From Hydrolagus colliei (taxonomy: Eukaryota): DNA of 64,000 bases. How positions within the stretch are numbered: the stretch's first letter is position 1; each line of letters begins with the position of its first letter. This document shows positions 25,369-37,601 of the stretch, one piece after another. The stretch covers positions 7,688,001-7,752,000 of the forward strand of contig CM068752.1 of the NCBI GenBank assembly GCA_035084275.1, written 5' to 3'. Below the pieces are notes generated by a model. The model saw only the letters and a list, made by a program, of their open reading frames with translations, ran no database searches and was not told the origin of the DNA. A program made the position numbers and the translations under genes.

Positions 25369-27509
25369 TCAGCCTCTAGCTCCTCCAAACCTTTTGATTG
25401 ACAGCTCACCCAATGATAAACGTGGAAGACACAGCCAGTCCTAATCTCACTCTCTCCACATCACTCCCCTCACCCTCATCACACACACACACCCACATCC
25501 AACCCGTCCAGGTTTCCAGGGCAACAGCATCCAGCTCTAAAGAAACCACTTTAACTCTTTAATTACTGGATGTTCAGCGCTGTGTGTGAGAGAGTGAGTG
25601 TATGTGTGTGAGAGTGAGTGATTGAGTGAGTGTGCACACACCCCTGACTTTATTCAGAAAAACAGCCCCATATCAAATAGCTAAGGCTATAGACTGGCAA
25701 CAAAGCAGATTTTGTTATTGACTAAAAAATAATCTCTGGCCTTCAAACAAAAAAGGGAAACAGAGAAACGTGATTGGAAGCAGATTATCCCTCTGCGTGG
25801 GGTTGAGTTTCTGGTCTACAGCCCGATCAATAGGGTTTAACATGCTATAGTCTATCGGTCAACTTTAACTACTCTTTGATTCTTTCTCTATTGAAAAAGT
25901 TGAGTAAGCTTCCTTACTCCACACCCACGCCTCCGTTAGCCTAGCAGTAAGTAGGAATCTGTTTGTTAGTCGAGCGGCCAAATCGCTTTCCTGGGGGTTA
26001 ATAATCCCTCCAAAGTACAATTTTTTTTAAATTAAGAATAATATTTTAAAAATTGGTCACTCAATTTGATCACTGTTCATGGGGACGCTGCTGTGCACAA
26101 TTGGCTGCTGCATTTAGCCCACAAAATACAGTCTATTCAACATTACATTCTATGAAGCGCTTTGAGACGTCTCTAAAATATGATAAAGCACTGTATCAAT
26201 ATGCAGGGATTATCATCATGGTTATATTATTGTACAAAAGATATTACAGTATTATGGACTAGAAATCTCCGAGCTTTCAACAAAAGAGTAAACAGAGAAA
26301 TGTGATTGTGAGGAGATTATCTCTGTGTGAGGGTTGAGTTTTTGGTTTCCAACCTGATCAATAAGCTTTTAAGCTCTGTGAGCGCTACCCTGCGTGAGGA
26401 GCGCTATATAAATACAATATAATATAAATACAAGTTGTTGTTGCTGCTGTTGTTGCATAGCCTGGGTAGGTGGATACAGCTGATAGCCCCTCTGTCAACC
26501 ATGAAAAGGCCACTTATTCTGTCACACACTCGAAACAGGGACTTCAATAGTGACCTAAATGCAATCTCAGCTTCCAATAAAAAGCTTTCTGTCCACGACT
26601 GTCGCCTCGGGAAACACTCCTCAAATGTTACCGTTAAAAGATAACAGATCCTCATCGCAGGACGCTTGGCAGAGGGGCAGGTTTGGCTGCCAAGACTCTC
26701 GCTTTGTCTCTCCCAGCCCTTGGCCTGGGGCAATGGGTCTGCAGTCACACCAGGGATTCCCACGCACTGAGCTCTCGGTTTCAGGCAACCCAATCAGCAG
26801 AGCCTGGGCAGCGGCACAAACCATAAACCCTTTATTTAGAGACATTTACCTCAAATAATATTGCCAAGTGCTGACAATGGGAGGGATGGTCATTGAGCGA
26901 GAGGGCCAAGAGATCTTGGCCCTCTCAACAAATAACATTTACACAGCGCCTCTCATGTCGCGAGGACATCCCCAAACGCTGGATAGTCAGGGAGGTGGAA
27001 CCGAGCTGGGCGGTGGGGGGGGGGGGGGGAGGGGTTTGGAATAAAACAATACAAAATAAGAACGGGGTAAAAAGCTCACAATTTATTCCATTAATGTGTG
27101 GTATTTTATGCTAAAATTCTTTTAAGAACGGCAGGTTTCAACACGATTCAGGGAAGAGGGAGAGTGTGTGTGGCTCAGGAGAAGGGGAGCTCAGGACAGG
27201 CAAGAGAATGGTAATGAGCCTGGTTGTGTCAAGTGAAGAAAAATATTAATTATAATAATAATAGCTTGGTCATTTCAATCCATGACTGTTTGTGGGTCGC
27301 TGCTGTGCGCAATTGGCTGCTGCATTTTGCCCACAAAATATACAGTCAATTCACTTTACGGTGTTTTCTGTGAAGCGACTTGAAATGTCTAGAAGACGTG
27401 ATAAGCTGCTACAACAAATGCAAAGATTCTTATTCTTGTTGATAAAAAAACAAGTCGGGTTTGGAGATAGTCGGAGGCCAGAAGTGAGGAGAGACTCTGC
27501 TGTTGCATG

Positions 27510-27840
27510 ATGAACATAATAATAATCCTTGCATTTGTTATAGCACTTTTCATATCTTATCGACGTCCCAAAGCATTTTACAGAATATACTGCAAAGTGT
27601 ATATTTGTGGGCGAATCGTGGCAGCCAATTGCACACAGCAGTGTCCCACAAACAGTTGTGGATTGAAATAACCAATTTGTTTTATTATTGTAGGGGGTGT
27701 TTTTGGATGGATTATTATTCGGCATGTGAAGAAAACTTGCCCAAAGTTTCGCCCTGACCTGCCTGGATTTGAACACAGGTCTCCCCAGCTTGGTCTCCCC
27801 AGCTTGCAAGACAAGTGCTCTAACCACAAAGCCATAGGAG
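27510..27840 (-). mobile_element. DeuSINE-like SINE with an internal 14-nt duplication (ggtctccccagctt x2); tail-to-tail with a plus-strand copy at about 27270-27410
   Basis: Direct reading of head, core and tail. Confidence 0.8.
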
Positions 27841-30800
27841 CTCCTCAAGGCTCCTGAAGGTTTGTGTATGTGTGTGAGTGAGTGAGTTTGTGTTGTGAGT
27901 GAGTGAGTGTATGTGTGTGAGAGTGTGAGCGAGCGACGCTGAGGCTTACTGTAACAGATGGCTCTGAATCGTGTGGGATTGTTGTCTCGACAGAAACTGA
28001 AGAACCAACATTATATTCTCTCTGAATTAATTTGCTGACAGAATCTCTCCTCCCCTCCCCTTCCCTCTCCTCCCCTCTCCTGCCCTCCCCTCAGCTGGCC
28101 CTGCCCTGCCCTCCCCCCAGCTGGCCCTGCCCTCCCCTCACCTGCCCTCCCCTCGCCTGCCCTCCTCTCGCCTGCCCTCCCCACTCCTGCCCTCCCCGGC
28201 AGGAACGCAGTTTTCAGTGGTTTTCCCAGAGCAGTTTGGTCAGGAGGATTTCTTTATTATAATTTTTTTTAAAGAAATTATTATCCCCCCGGAAAAATAC
28301 AATCCACCAATTGACTAACAACCGGGTTCCTATTCACTGCTCGGTAAACAGAGGCATGTGGAGTTAGGAAACCTGCCAAAGGTTTTGCCCTAGCTGGGAA
28401 TTGAACCAGGTCCTCTCGCTTGTGTGGGCGAGGGCTCTAGCCACTGAGCTACAGGACTCCAGTAGACACGTAACCACATTCTCTTTGGATTGGTGATGGG
28501 CTTCCGCACTGACTGTGGCCAAATAGGTTCCCAGGGCACGGTTCCATCGTGGAAGCCTCAAAGCTTCTTGTCGACAGGTAGATTATCTCTCGCTTTCTCC
28601 CCATGTCTCCTCACGACCCGATGATTCACTCACACTTCAACCTCTTTCACACACACATCACAAGTGGCTGTTTCACAAATGTCACAAATTAGACAGTGAA
28701 AGGAAGTCACAGTTGATGCTGCCAACGCTTGGTAAACGTTGAGCATTATACGTATCTCAGTGTTCCCCTTGTCTCTGTTAAAACCTTCCAGCCATTGCTT
28801 TAACCATTGGTTTATTTGATCCACACTGCTTTCCCTATGTGTTCAATATTCCTATTGGTCACAGTTTAGTCGTTAGGCCTTTTTATAATTTAACAAGACG
28901 CGATTATCCCCAAGGGATACACAAACAGCCTGACCCTGAGCAACACTCTGTGTGTCACCTGTTTGCCGTTTCACTTTCCTAGTCAAGACTTTTGCTCTAG
29001 TCAGATTTCCAATTAAATGCCAATTTGTGTCTGATTAAAATAATAAGAAACCATAGCATTAAAATGATCCAAGCCAAACTGGTGTCACCTTCCTTCCCCA
29101 CAATATTGAGCTGACTGCTCCGATCCCAGGACTTTCCTCTTTTCCCTTCCTCTTTATGATCTTCCTCTTTTAATCATCAGAATCCTGGGCAATTCAGGAG
29201 TGTTCACTGGCCATTGTATTGAGTTAATCCTTGCGTTCAATATAGCGCCTTATCACATCATTGAGACGACTCAAAGAGCTTCGCAGAATATACTGTCAAG
29301 TGAATTGACTGTGTATTTTCATTTTGTCTGTGAAACGCAGCAGCCAATTGCATACAGCGGTGTCCCACAAACAGTCGTGGATTGAGTGACAGAATTTTTT
29401 TAAGGGATTATTACACCCAGCAAGTGATCCTCCAATTGATTAACAACTGGGTGCTTTCTTACTGCTAGGTAAAGAGAGGCATGTGGTCTAAGGTAACTTT
29501 CCTAATGTTTCACCCTGTCCTTCTCTCTTGCGAGCTGTTTGGAGTTGTTTCATTGTTTCATCATGAGAGAGACAGGGCGTTCCTTCCCACTGATAGTCCT
29601 GTTTGTAATATGTTCAGACACTCACTTTCCTTGTTAGCCGCAGAATGCCGCTTATGTAATGAATGTGTGATGTAAGTTTCACATTGCAAGACGAAAAAAT
29701 ATTCCTCAGATAGTAATGTGGTAATGGTAAGATGGTAATGTGTTTATCAGACAGAGCGAGAAGTCCAGAGCAGAATAATCAGACCTGTCCACAAAACAGC
29801 TTGTGTTTGTTTGGCAGAAATATCCCCTTATCAAGAATCGGTTGAAATGAAATTGACAGCCTAACAGGAAGGGCAGGGGAATAATAGAGACTGTACAAAG
29901 AGCACCACGTCACATTAACATTAGCATGAACATTAAGGGAGTGTTTGATTTACTGTTACTGCACTGAGGAGAATTAGCCAGGCCACACAGTTCCGTCAGG
30001 TCAGCCAGCCTGCTCTTAAATTAAAATAAATCAACATCTGGGTTTCTAAATGACACATCACCGCCGGCGCCAAATATTATCTGAATGAATATTGAAGCAG
30101 GAAACTGTGACAACTGGCTCGGACAAGGAGACAAAAGGCGTGACTCATATTGGCTGAGATCTAACAGGGTTTGGTCTTGCGAAGCTCCTTTAAACTCCTA
30201 CACTGGGAATATGGACCCAATGTTCCTGACTCCAGGAATGGCAAGCTATGTAGTCTCATCTGGTTAGCCACTAGACTGAATCACGTCATTGAGAAGTCTC
30301 AAAGCACCGGACAGCAAATAGTGGGAAGTGAATTGACTGTGTATTCTGTGGGTAAAACATGACAGCCAATCGCACACAGTGGGTGTCCTGGCAGTTTCCA
30401 TGCTGCGTTTGTGTCCCGTCATTTCGCTCACTTGCTGTGCATTCCTCACCACCAAAGGTCACACAGCATCATTCCTGCCATGTAGATTTGGGAATATAAT
30501 CATTATTCCCAAGCGATTCCCTGATGCTCAGACTCCTGCACAGTGAGGCTGTGCCTCTCACCTCTCCCTCGCTGTCAGCCATGCACCATTACATCGGAAA
30601 GGTCCCGTCAAACGGAAGGAAGTGTGGACTGAGAGATATTGGTCAATCTTTCAATTTCCTTCTGTGCTTCTCTCCCTCCCTCCGCCATTCCCTCCCACAT
30701 GCCCACTGCCCCACCCACCCCCACCCACTTGGCAGTTGACCTGAGACCTTGGGCACGTCCTGGGACAGCTAACGCTCGTAGCCACCAATCCCTGCAGATC

Positions 30801-33169
30801 CTCCCAGGTGGGGTGGGGGGTGATGGGAGGGGGGAAGGGAAAGAAATGCTGGGCTCCCCTCCACAGTGTCAGGCCCATTGTATTCCTCACCGGTGAGGAA
30901 CCATAGCAACCACCATCCACTGCTTGTAACTAGGTCGTTCTTCACAGTTATTCTTTCCAGAATTTTCTGAATATCAAACATAAGTTGAGAGAAAAAAACA
31001 AATCCTAAAGCAGCCAGTCAGGCCGGCCTGTCTTAGCATTCGTCACAACACAGTGGCCTCGCACTTGGTCACCCACTCATTCACTCAGTCACAGAGACGC
31101 CTCAAAACGCCGTATGAGACTGAAACTTGAATTGATAACCAAGGCTATTTTTCTGTCTGAAGAACTGTCACTGTATTTTCTGGGTTTTAATAAACGCCAA
31201 ATTACAACATTCTACTGAGTGACAACATCATCATCATCACACAACTGTTGAATCTGAAATTGTAAACGCATTTAAAAAGGGATTGGTTAAGTGATGGAAG
31301 AGAAAGAATAGAGAGAGAATGGGGAGTGGGGTTAGAGTAGAGAGCTCCGGTGGGGGGAGCGAGCACCAGCACAGACACGATGGGAAGAGGGAGAGAGAGA
31401 GAGAGAGAGAGAAAGAGAGCAGGGGAATGGGATTAGAGAAGAGACGTAATTTTATGAGTAAACACTTGTGAAGCAGAATGAAGTACCCTTTCATTACATA
31501 ACCACACAGATTTCTGCAGAAATTGCCATAGTATCGCCTCCCAGTTTTCAGATGACTGTGATCATTATATGAAAAATTTCCTGAGGCTCCCGCACTGTGA
31601 AGTGCGTGTGCTTTACGAAGCTAGCACAAGATACAAACACTACGTGTAACCCACAGCGTTTCGGAATATCTTTAGGTGAATAATAATCTCTAAATTTCAA
31701 CTGATCTAAAAAACAAATCTAGGTAGATTTGGTAGTGATTGCCCAGCAAGGCAAAGCTTGCGAGACAGTGCTCACAATAGCAAGCTGGTTAGACTCCAAC
31801 TGTTACTCCAACGCGTACGCTGGGCTCCCCCTCCCCAAGCCTTGGTTCTCGCCACCTCGTACTCTCTGGAATTAGGTAACCAGGATTCGTCCTTCCAGAG
31901 AAAGAGAGAGTGAGAGAGTGCATCCTATTCCAACAATCTCTCGCTGGGATTTCCATGTGTAGGTGGGATACGTGAAAATCTCAAGTCGGGTTTGGAGACT
32001 CTTAAGCAACGGTGATGTGTTTTCCGTGTGTGTCAGACGCATGACTGGGCACAAAAAAACATGCTCCTGAGTGGCTCAAATTAGGAAAAGTCTGTTCATC
32101 CCTGATGTGTAGGGACTTGGGTGTTTTAGTTGGGAACTCAAAGAGAAGTTACAGTTGGTGTGGGCTAGAAAAGGAGATAAATCGAGTTACTGCTCCTTAC
32201 CCACTCCTTCTTTCCCTTTTTTATACACAGCGTCTGTATGGCTGGCAGGACAGGTAAGTGCTTGCCTGAGTTATCACAGGGACCTTTACCCTGGCACCTT
32301 AACAAGAGGAGAACAACATAGGTAGCTAATGGCTGGAGCAATGGATGGCTACTGTACTGTACTGATCTGTAGGTCTAAACTGCTCATGATCTCAATCACA
32401 ATGATCTAGTCACCAATGGGCAGGTTCAGATCCGAAACACTGACTGTCCAGAGCCTTGGGACATCCTCTCAACGTGAAAGGCACTAAACATAAATGTAAT
32501 TTTGTTGTTGTTGTGCTCCTGATATGCTGCTTCTAGAATCATAGAATCTTACAGCACAGGAGACCATTCGACCTATCGTGCCTCCACCTGCTCTTTGAAA
32601 GAGCTGCCAACTCATTCCCACCTCCCCCCTCACCTCTTACCCCATAGCCCTCACATTTTTTTTCCTTTCCAAGTACAAATGCAATCGGCTTTTGAGAAGC
32701 TGCTGTTGATTTGATCTATAAACTTTGCCTCATCGTGGTTTGAGTGAAGATTTTCCTTTTTTTCCATGGCTGAGGAAGTAATAAGCAGCTGGCGAGATGT
32801 AGTGCCTTCCCACAAGGGATTAGCAGCTGAAGTGAGACGGGGGCACAATATGAGAGTGAGTTATAACCAACAATGACACATCACACCCACAAGCACTCTG
32901 GCTCTGGAGCAGGGAGGAGGCTGTGGATATTAATGGGAATTTCACCTTGTTCTTTTCTACCATCTCAGCAGGAACGGCCCTACATCCTGAACGTTTACAT
33001 CCAGTGATTTTCTTTCTTCATTAACAGGCGGTTGATTTTCCTTGAGAATCACCACTTCGATATTAATAATCTCCTCCATCCTAAAATTCCAGAGATGTCT
33101 AAACTAACCAGTATTTGTGTTAAAAAAAAAAGGCCCTATAAAGGGATTATGATCTTCGATGGGTCACAG

Positions 33170-33510
33170 TGGAGCGGTTAGAGTATTTGGCTTGCAAACG
33201 AGGGGACCTGGGTTTGATTCCCAGGCCGGGCAAAACCACAGACAAGTTTCCTTACTTCACACAGCCATTTACAGCACTAAGTAGGAACCTGGTTGTAAGT
33301 CGAACAGCAGATCGCTTTCTGGGGAAATAATCTTCAATGAAATAATAATACTATAATTTAGTCACTCAGTCCATGCGTGATTGTGGAAATCTGCTGTACA
33401 CAATTGGCTACCACGTTTCACCTACTAAATATACAGTCAATTCACTTTACCGTGGATCCTGTGAAGCTTTAATAATGTGCTAAGGCATTATATCAAATGC
33501 AAGGATCATT
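33170..33510 (+). mobile_element. Near full-length DeuSINE-like SINE
   Basis: Head, core and tail present. Confidence 0.8.
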
Positions 33511-35221
33511 ATGAGGAACATTTAGAGCCAGACACCGAAAGAAAAAGGTAGCAGAAATACGCTGACTCTGTGATAGATTCACGACTGATTAGAAACTTTA
33601 ACATGGTGTTGATAGGATTTGTCAACAGCTGTAGTTGGATATCGTACCAGACACTCACAAGAAACATCAGACGCCTTTGAAGATTCAGAAAAAGTTGTAG
33701 CTAATTGTCTGGTAAATTGGATGAATTCTGTAGTGGAGAGCAAGGCAGCTACACAGCACACAAAGAGCTGGGTGTCTGTCTGTGTTTCCAGGGGTTGTGT
33801 GTACACTGCGAGATAGAGAAGAGCAAATATTGGTGTAGCTTTCACTAAAGATTGTGACTGTGATATTGTAACTATCCCCCCAGTGACTGAGGGAGGGAAG
33901 ATTTTTTTTTGCTCATTTGTTGCATTTCCAATTTTCTCCTTCCTTCAGGAATGAGATGCCTTTTTTGCGTCCCCTAAGGTGATTGTCAGCTGGGGAGGTG
34001 ATGTATCTCTGCCGCTCCTGTATATTCCTGTGCCCCGCAGAGGAGTTGTTTACACTGATCTTTATTTCAAACCTAATCACCAATCTACGCAACATTCTGA
34101 GTGTACCACGGAGGCTGAGCCACGGGAACGTGTAACATGTCTTAACGTGTAAAATGCATTAAAGCCACGTGGCTTTCTCATCCATGGTCCCAAATACACC
34201 TTGTGGAACAGAGTCAGTGAGTTACCAGAAGGGAGGGTTGCACCCAGTAATGCACTGCTGCTCCTCACTGTTTACTGTGAATTAATTAAGCTTGTAAGTA
34301 AGCAGCAACATGCAAGCTTCATCTAATTACTCCTCCTAATTGTTTACTCGGCACCAGTTCTGTGGGAGCTTAGCGTTCAATGTTTCTTCTGACTTAAACG
34401 GAGCCACTCGTTCTACTTAAACGGAGCATTATTGCAGCTTTCACCGTGACCCGGGAATGTGGACGGACAACATTAGCAGGAGTTTCACTGTAATGAACAC
34501 AATGTCACCCAAATGTTTCTGGTATGAGGTGATGCACTGACCGACATTCTGGTGAAATAAATTCTGATTAAAAGAGAAACAGTGACCCAGTATTAGCCAC
34601 AACCTAACCCAGATCCCAGATGTTTTCTGCCCTAGGTTTCAATAATTCAGATCTCAGCTGTTGCCTGAATCCCTCAAAAGACTGAACAAGTCTTTTATTT
34701 TTAACCTGTCTAGCACTGAGGTTCCCTGGTTGACGCTAGTTGATGAATTATCCAGTGTGGGACTGAACTGATCAGCCTTTCCCTGGAAAGTCCTGTATTT
34801 AGGCTAGGATCTATGTTGCTGGCTGATCTTTGTGAAGTAGGATTTCACTTAAAATTCTCCCCCCATCATGTTTTGAGGGATAACTATCTCAGGTTTTAGC
34901 TCTTGAATCACTGACACAGACAGTTTGACCAATATAGGAAGATGACACGTAAGAAAAAGTGGGCAGCAGAACTTCCCTACTCTTATATTCTAACCCTTTT
35001 GTAAGAGTGAGAGAAACGCAATGTAAAACTGCTTCCCATTGAATGTTCCCCATCAACGATCACTTTCCGGTCAAGGCCAAACCATCTCCTTGTGGCTGAC
35101 ATTAATCCTATCCACAGTCCATCCATTGGTCCCCTGTATAATTACTGTTAACATTCCTTATCTCTCTTGCTGTTGGTCCACATCACTGTGCACTTTCTAA
35201 TGAAGTTGCTGTGGTTGGGAG

Positions 35222-35516
35222 TAGGGCCCGGCGATATATCGACATATCGGTTATATCCGATATAATTTTCGTATCGATATGCCGATATCGGAATTTTAAA
35301 AATATCGATATATCGCAAATATCGATGTATCGTTTCTGGCGATATATCGGTATATATATCGGTATAATGCGGACTTTTTCAACTTAACTTGTCAATATCC
35401 GAATGCGCGCGCACACCGGAATGCGTGTGCGCATGCGCAGGACAAAAAACCTTGCGATATCAATATGGGCAAACCGATATATCGATATCGGAAAATTTCC
35501 ATATCGACGGACCCTA
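35222..35516. mobile_element. Non-autonomous hAT-type MITE, 295 bp
   Basis: Imperfect TIRs TAGGGCCCGGCGATAT / ATATCGACGGACCCTA; perfect 8-bp target-site duplication GTTGGGAG at 35214-35221 and 35517-35524; many ATCG/CGAT subterminal repeats. Confidence 0.9.
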
Positions 35517-35855
35517 GTTGGGAGTGATTTTTTTTGTGGCTTCTGAAAATAAAGGGGTGGTTACAATAAAGATGACACCTTTCCCCACCCTCCCTATCAT
35601 TCTCCTTTAAGTAACGTCATTGTGGCCAAAGAGAGAGGGTAACACGGAGGGTAACATCTTGCTTTCTCTCACTTTGAATCCTTTGGGTTGAGAAGCTGCT
35701 GGCAAGCAGGCTAGACCAGGAAACTAAATGGTTTTAGACTTTTTATAGTTATTAAATAAGCAGTGATTTGTGCCACAAAGTAGACAGTTCCTCTACCCCC
35801 GGGATAACTTCCCTGTACAAACTTGCGCTTAAGTGAAAGAATCAATGGATTCACA

Positions 35856-35861
35856 TTTATT
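35856..35861 (-). terminator. Candidate ARSI polyadenylation signal AATAAA
   Basis: First AATAAA on the ARSI strand after the stop codon (about 345 nt downstream). Confidence 0.4.
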
Positions 35862-36205
35862 TACCCAAAGAAACAGCTTGTTCCAACCAACAAATCTGAT
35901 GTTTATCTCTAACCAAGTCCCCCACAGTCTCACACCACTCTCTCTCTCTCTCGCTCACACCGTCCATTTACCCATCAACGTATATTAGTTGCAAACCGGA
36001 TTTTGCAGGAATGAATTGGAATGTCGATTTTGTAGAAAAATCCAGTCAGTAAAACGGCTGGAGTAAATAAACACACGGCGAAGGAATTTCACTGGGAATT
36101 TCTGAATGAATACAAAGGGATCCGGTTTGCTGATACAGTACCACAAATCAGAGCCCAAGGCTTCCGGTTTGAAGATCTTTTCCTCATCCTTGGGCTCAGC
36201 GAAGC

Positions 36206-37601
36206 TCAGATCCTGTTTGACATGATCCTTGTGTTCAGTTTCTTAAAGAATGATCGAAGTTTACAGATTTTACACGCTTTTTTCTTTCTCTTGGTCTTGG
36301 CCACGTACTTCTGCTCGACCTCGGCCTCCTCCTCGCTGGCCCACGGCCCCCAAGCCCCCCCGTGCAGCTCAGGGTTAGCTCGGGGGTCCTCGGGGGGGTA
36401 GCGCACGGGGATGGAAGTCTCGTGGTAATGGGCCAGCCTGGCCAGGAGCCGCTTGACCACCTCAGGCCGCGAGTCGGAGAGGTCAAAGCGCTCGTATGGG
36501 TCACCAGTCACGTTGAACAGCCAGACCGACTTCTTAACCCTGCTCCTCAGCCTCTCCAGGTTCCACCAGCTGCCGGGGAAGTTGGGCAACATCTGTGGTG
36601 GGATCCAGTCGCTGTGGCCCGGGTCTCCGGTCATGAGTTTCCAGTCACCCACCCTGATGGAGGCCTGGATCGCTGTGTTCCAGATGTCAAAACCGTCCTC
36701 CCAGGAACCGTACTTGGCCTGGCTGTACAGGGGGTCGATGTTGTGCAGGATCTCGGTTCGCGGCGATCTCTTGCCCTCGCTGATCGTCGACCACAGATCA
36801 TAACCATCCAGCGGCGGTGACACAGTGAGGTTACCCTGGGCGAGAGAGACCAGGGTCGGGTACCAGTCGGTGATGTGCACTAGGGATTTACTCACTCTTC
36901 GTTTCTTCTTAATCAGTGGGCTGTGGACGAAGCCAATCCCTCGTATCCCACCTTCCCAATAGGTCCCCTTCCGCCCTCGGAGAGGCCAGTTACTGCCCCC
37001 AGAGAAAGGCTGGCCCCCGTTGTCGGTGGAGAAGATGATGATGCTGTTTTTGTAATACCTGTATTTCTTGAGGGCCAACGTGATGTTCTTAATGGCTTCG
37101 TCCATGCAGGTCACCATAGCTGCGTACTTCCTGCGAGCCACATTGCCCAGGGACCTGTACTGGTAGATGTATTCCTTTGGGGACTGCAGGGGAGTGTGCA
37201 CTGCCTGGAAGGCCAGGTAGATAAACAGGGGCTCCTTGGGATTGTGAGAGGCCAGGAGTTTGCTGACGCGCTGGGCATACAAAGAGGTCGAGTACTTCCC
37301 GCTGTGCTCCCAGGCCACGTTCTCACCGTCGTGCAGGTCGAAGCCGCAAACTCCCGGCCCGTCACAGTTGTCATACGTGTAGTAGTCGGTGCTGCCAGTC
37401 AGCGTGCCGAAGAAGGTGTCAAAGCCACGTCTGGTGGGCAGGCACTCCTTCTTGTAGAAGCCCAGGTGCCACTTGCCCACCATGTGGGTGGAGTAACCGG
37501 CCTCCTGTAGCTTCTGTGGCAGGGTGACTTGGTCCAGTGGCAAGCAGTTGGGTTGCCTGGGTCTGATGATAGAGTGTTGGAGACCAGTGTGGATCTGGTA
37601 C
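36206..37601 (-). CDS. ARSI: Arylsulfatase I, exon 2 (1396 nt to TGA); full protein 567 aa
   Basis: Acceptor ttccccag|G completes the split Arg codon (GR|YQIHTGLQH). Contains GKWHLG and ends [21 protein letters not shown], matching the ARSI C-terminus. 308+1396=1704 nt, an intact frame. Confidence 0.97.

Noticed and set aside
35991-36130. 11-bp inverted repeat GCAAACCGGAT/ATCCGGTTTGC in the ARSI 3' UTR
   Set aside because: Short arms about 120 nt apart with no further pairing seen; compatible with chance.
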